Assembly: GCA_051294375.1 (NCBI GenBank)
Contig: JBJCIZ010000239.1
Span: 5,053,476-5,061,581, forward strand
Reading direction: 5' to 3'
Length of the DNA stretch: 8,106 nucleotides
Origin: Paraspadella gotoi
Taxonomy: Eukaryota > Animalia > Chaetognatha
The notes beneath the pieces were generated by a model that saw only the letters and a list, made by a program, of their open reading frames with translations, did not search any database and was not told the DNA's origin. This document shows positions 7,710-8,106 of this stretch, in pieces. The first letter of the stretch is position 1. Every line of letters begins with the position of its first letter. A program made the translations under genes and the position numbers.

Positions 7710-7913
7710 TTTCGTAATTCGATTACAAATTGACATAATTTTCTTTGATGTCGCCGTCATCGTGGTCGACCCAGTCGTTGTTATTCCAGCTGTTGTAGCT
7801 GTTGTTTTTATTGTTGTTTTCAAAATTGTTTCAAGTTGTTTTCGTTTTTGTACGAGTTGTATTGTCGATAATACGAAGTCATGGCCAGGATGAACATCTC
7901 GGTCATTATAGGA

Positions 7914-7941
7914 GAAATGGGGCGCTCTGGGAAAACAGAGC
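7914..7941 (-). repeat. 28-bp inverted repeat, right arm
   Basis: gaaatggggcgctctgggaaaacagagc, exact reverse complement of 6572-6599. Confidence 0.97.
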
Positions 7942-8066
7942 AGAAATATTTTCGGGGCGCTAAGCAGTAAGCATGTGGGATTTTTCTTTAATTGAAAGGA
8001 CTACACTTATTTAATTTTAAATATTGTTCAATTCAATTCAGCTTAAATAAATATATTCGGGATTTT

Positions 8067-8106
8067 AGAAAGAAAGAAAGAAAAAAGAAAGAAAGAAAAA
8101 AAGAAA
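8067..8106 (+). repeat. (AAAG)n / A-rich simple repeat running off the window end
   Basis: agaaagaaagaaagaaaaaagaaagaaagaaaaaaagaaa. Confidence 0.9.

Larger units (their letters stand above)
6572..7941. mobile_element. Candidate non-autonomous DNA element (MITE-like or HINE/DINE-like) bounded by 28-bp inverted repeats, with internal tandem repeats
   Basis: Perfect 28-bp IR pair enclosing a minisatellite and two microsatellites, with no coding capacity. No target-site duplication is visible, and copy number elsewhere is unknown. Confidence 0.4.

Noticed and set aside
6697-7893. ORFs over the 73-bp array, (AG)n (poly-ER/SL) and (TCG)n (poly-R)
   Set aside because: The same peptide recurs in three frames because the unit length is not a multiple of 3. 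The remainder are dinucleotide or trinucleotide translations.
6560-7955. Target-site duplication flanking the 28-bp IRs
   Set aside because: The flanks (tcgtttcggcg / agaaatatttt) share no abutting direct repeat, so no DNA transposon superfamily can be assigned.

Overview
Eukaryotic-looking, non-coding, repeat-rich window. I can support no protein-coding or RNA gene; the ORF-track products are low-complexity readings of simple repeats. The window has two halves. (1) ~5740-8106 looks like accurate sequence: an AT-rich spacer, then a CpG-rich block (~6247-7960). That block holds a (GAC)14 tract, a perfect 28-bp inverted repeat pair (6572-6599 / 7914-7941), a 73-bp minisatellite built from ~11-bp monomers, a duplicated GA-rich unit containing (AG)32, and an inverted (TCG)n tract. 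This is the best candidate for real biology: a possibly undescribed non-autonomous mobile element carrying internal tandem repeats. (2) 118-~4844 is a colinear, same-strand, heavily insertion-inflated copy of ~6260-7773, and 1-92 is an indel-ridden copy of ~5460-5557, separated from the rest by exactly 25 Ns. The error pattern and gap size point to unpolished noisy long-read sequence from gap filling, so much of 1-5740 is probably an assembly artefact. I found no evidence for a novel gene system.
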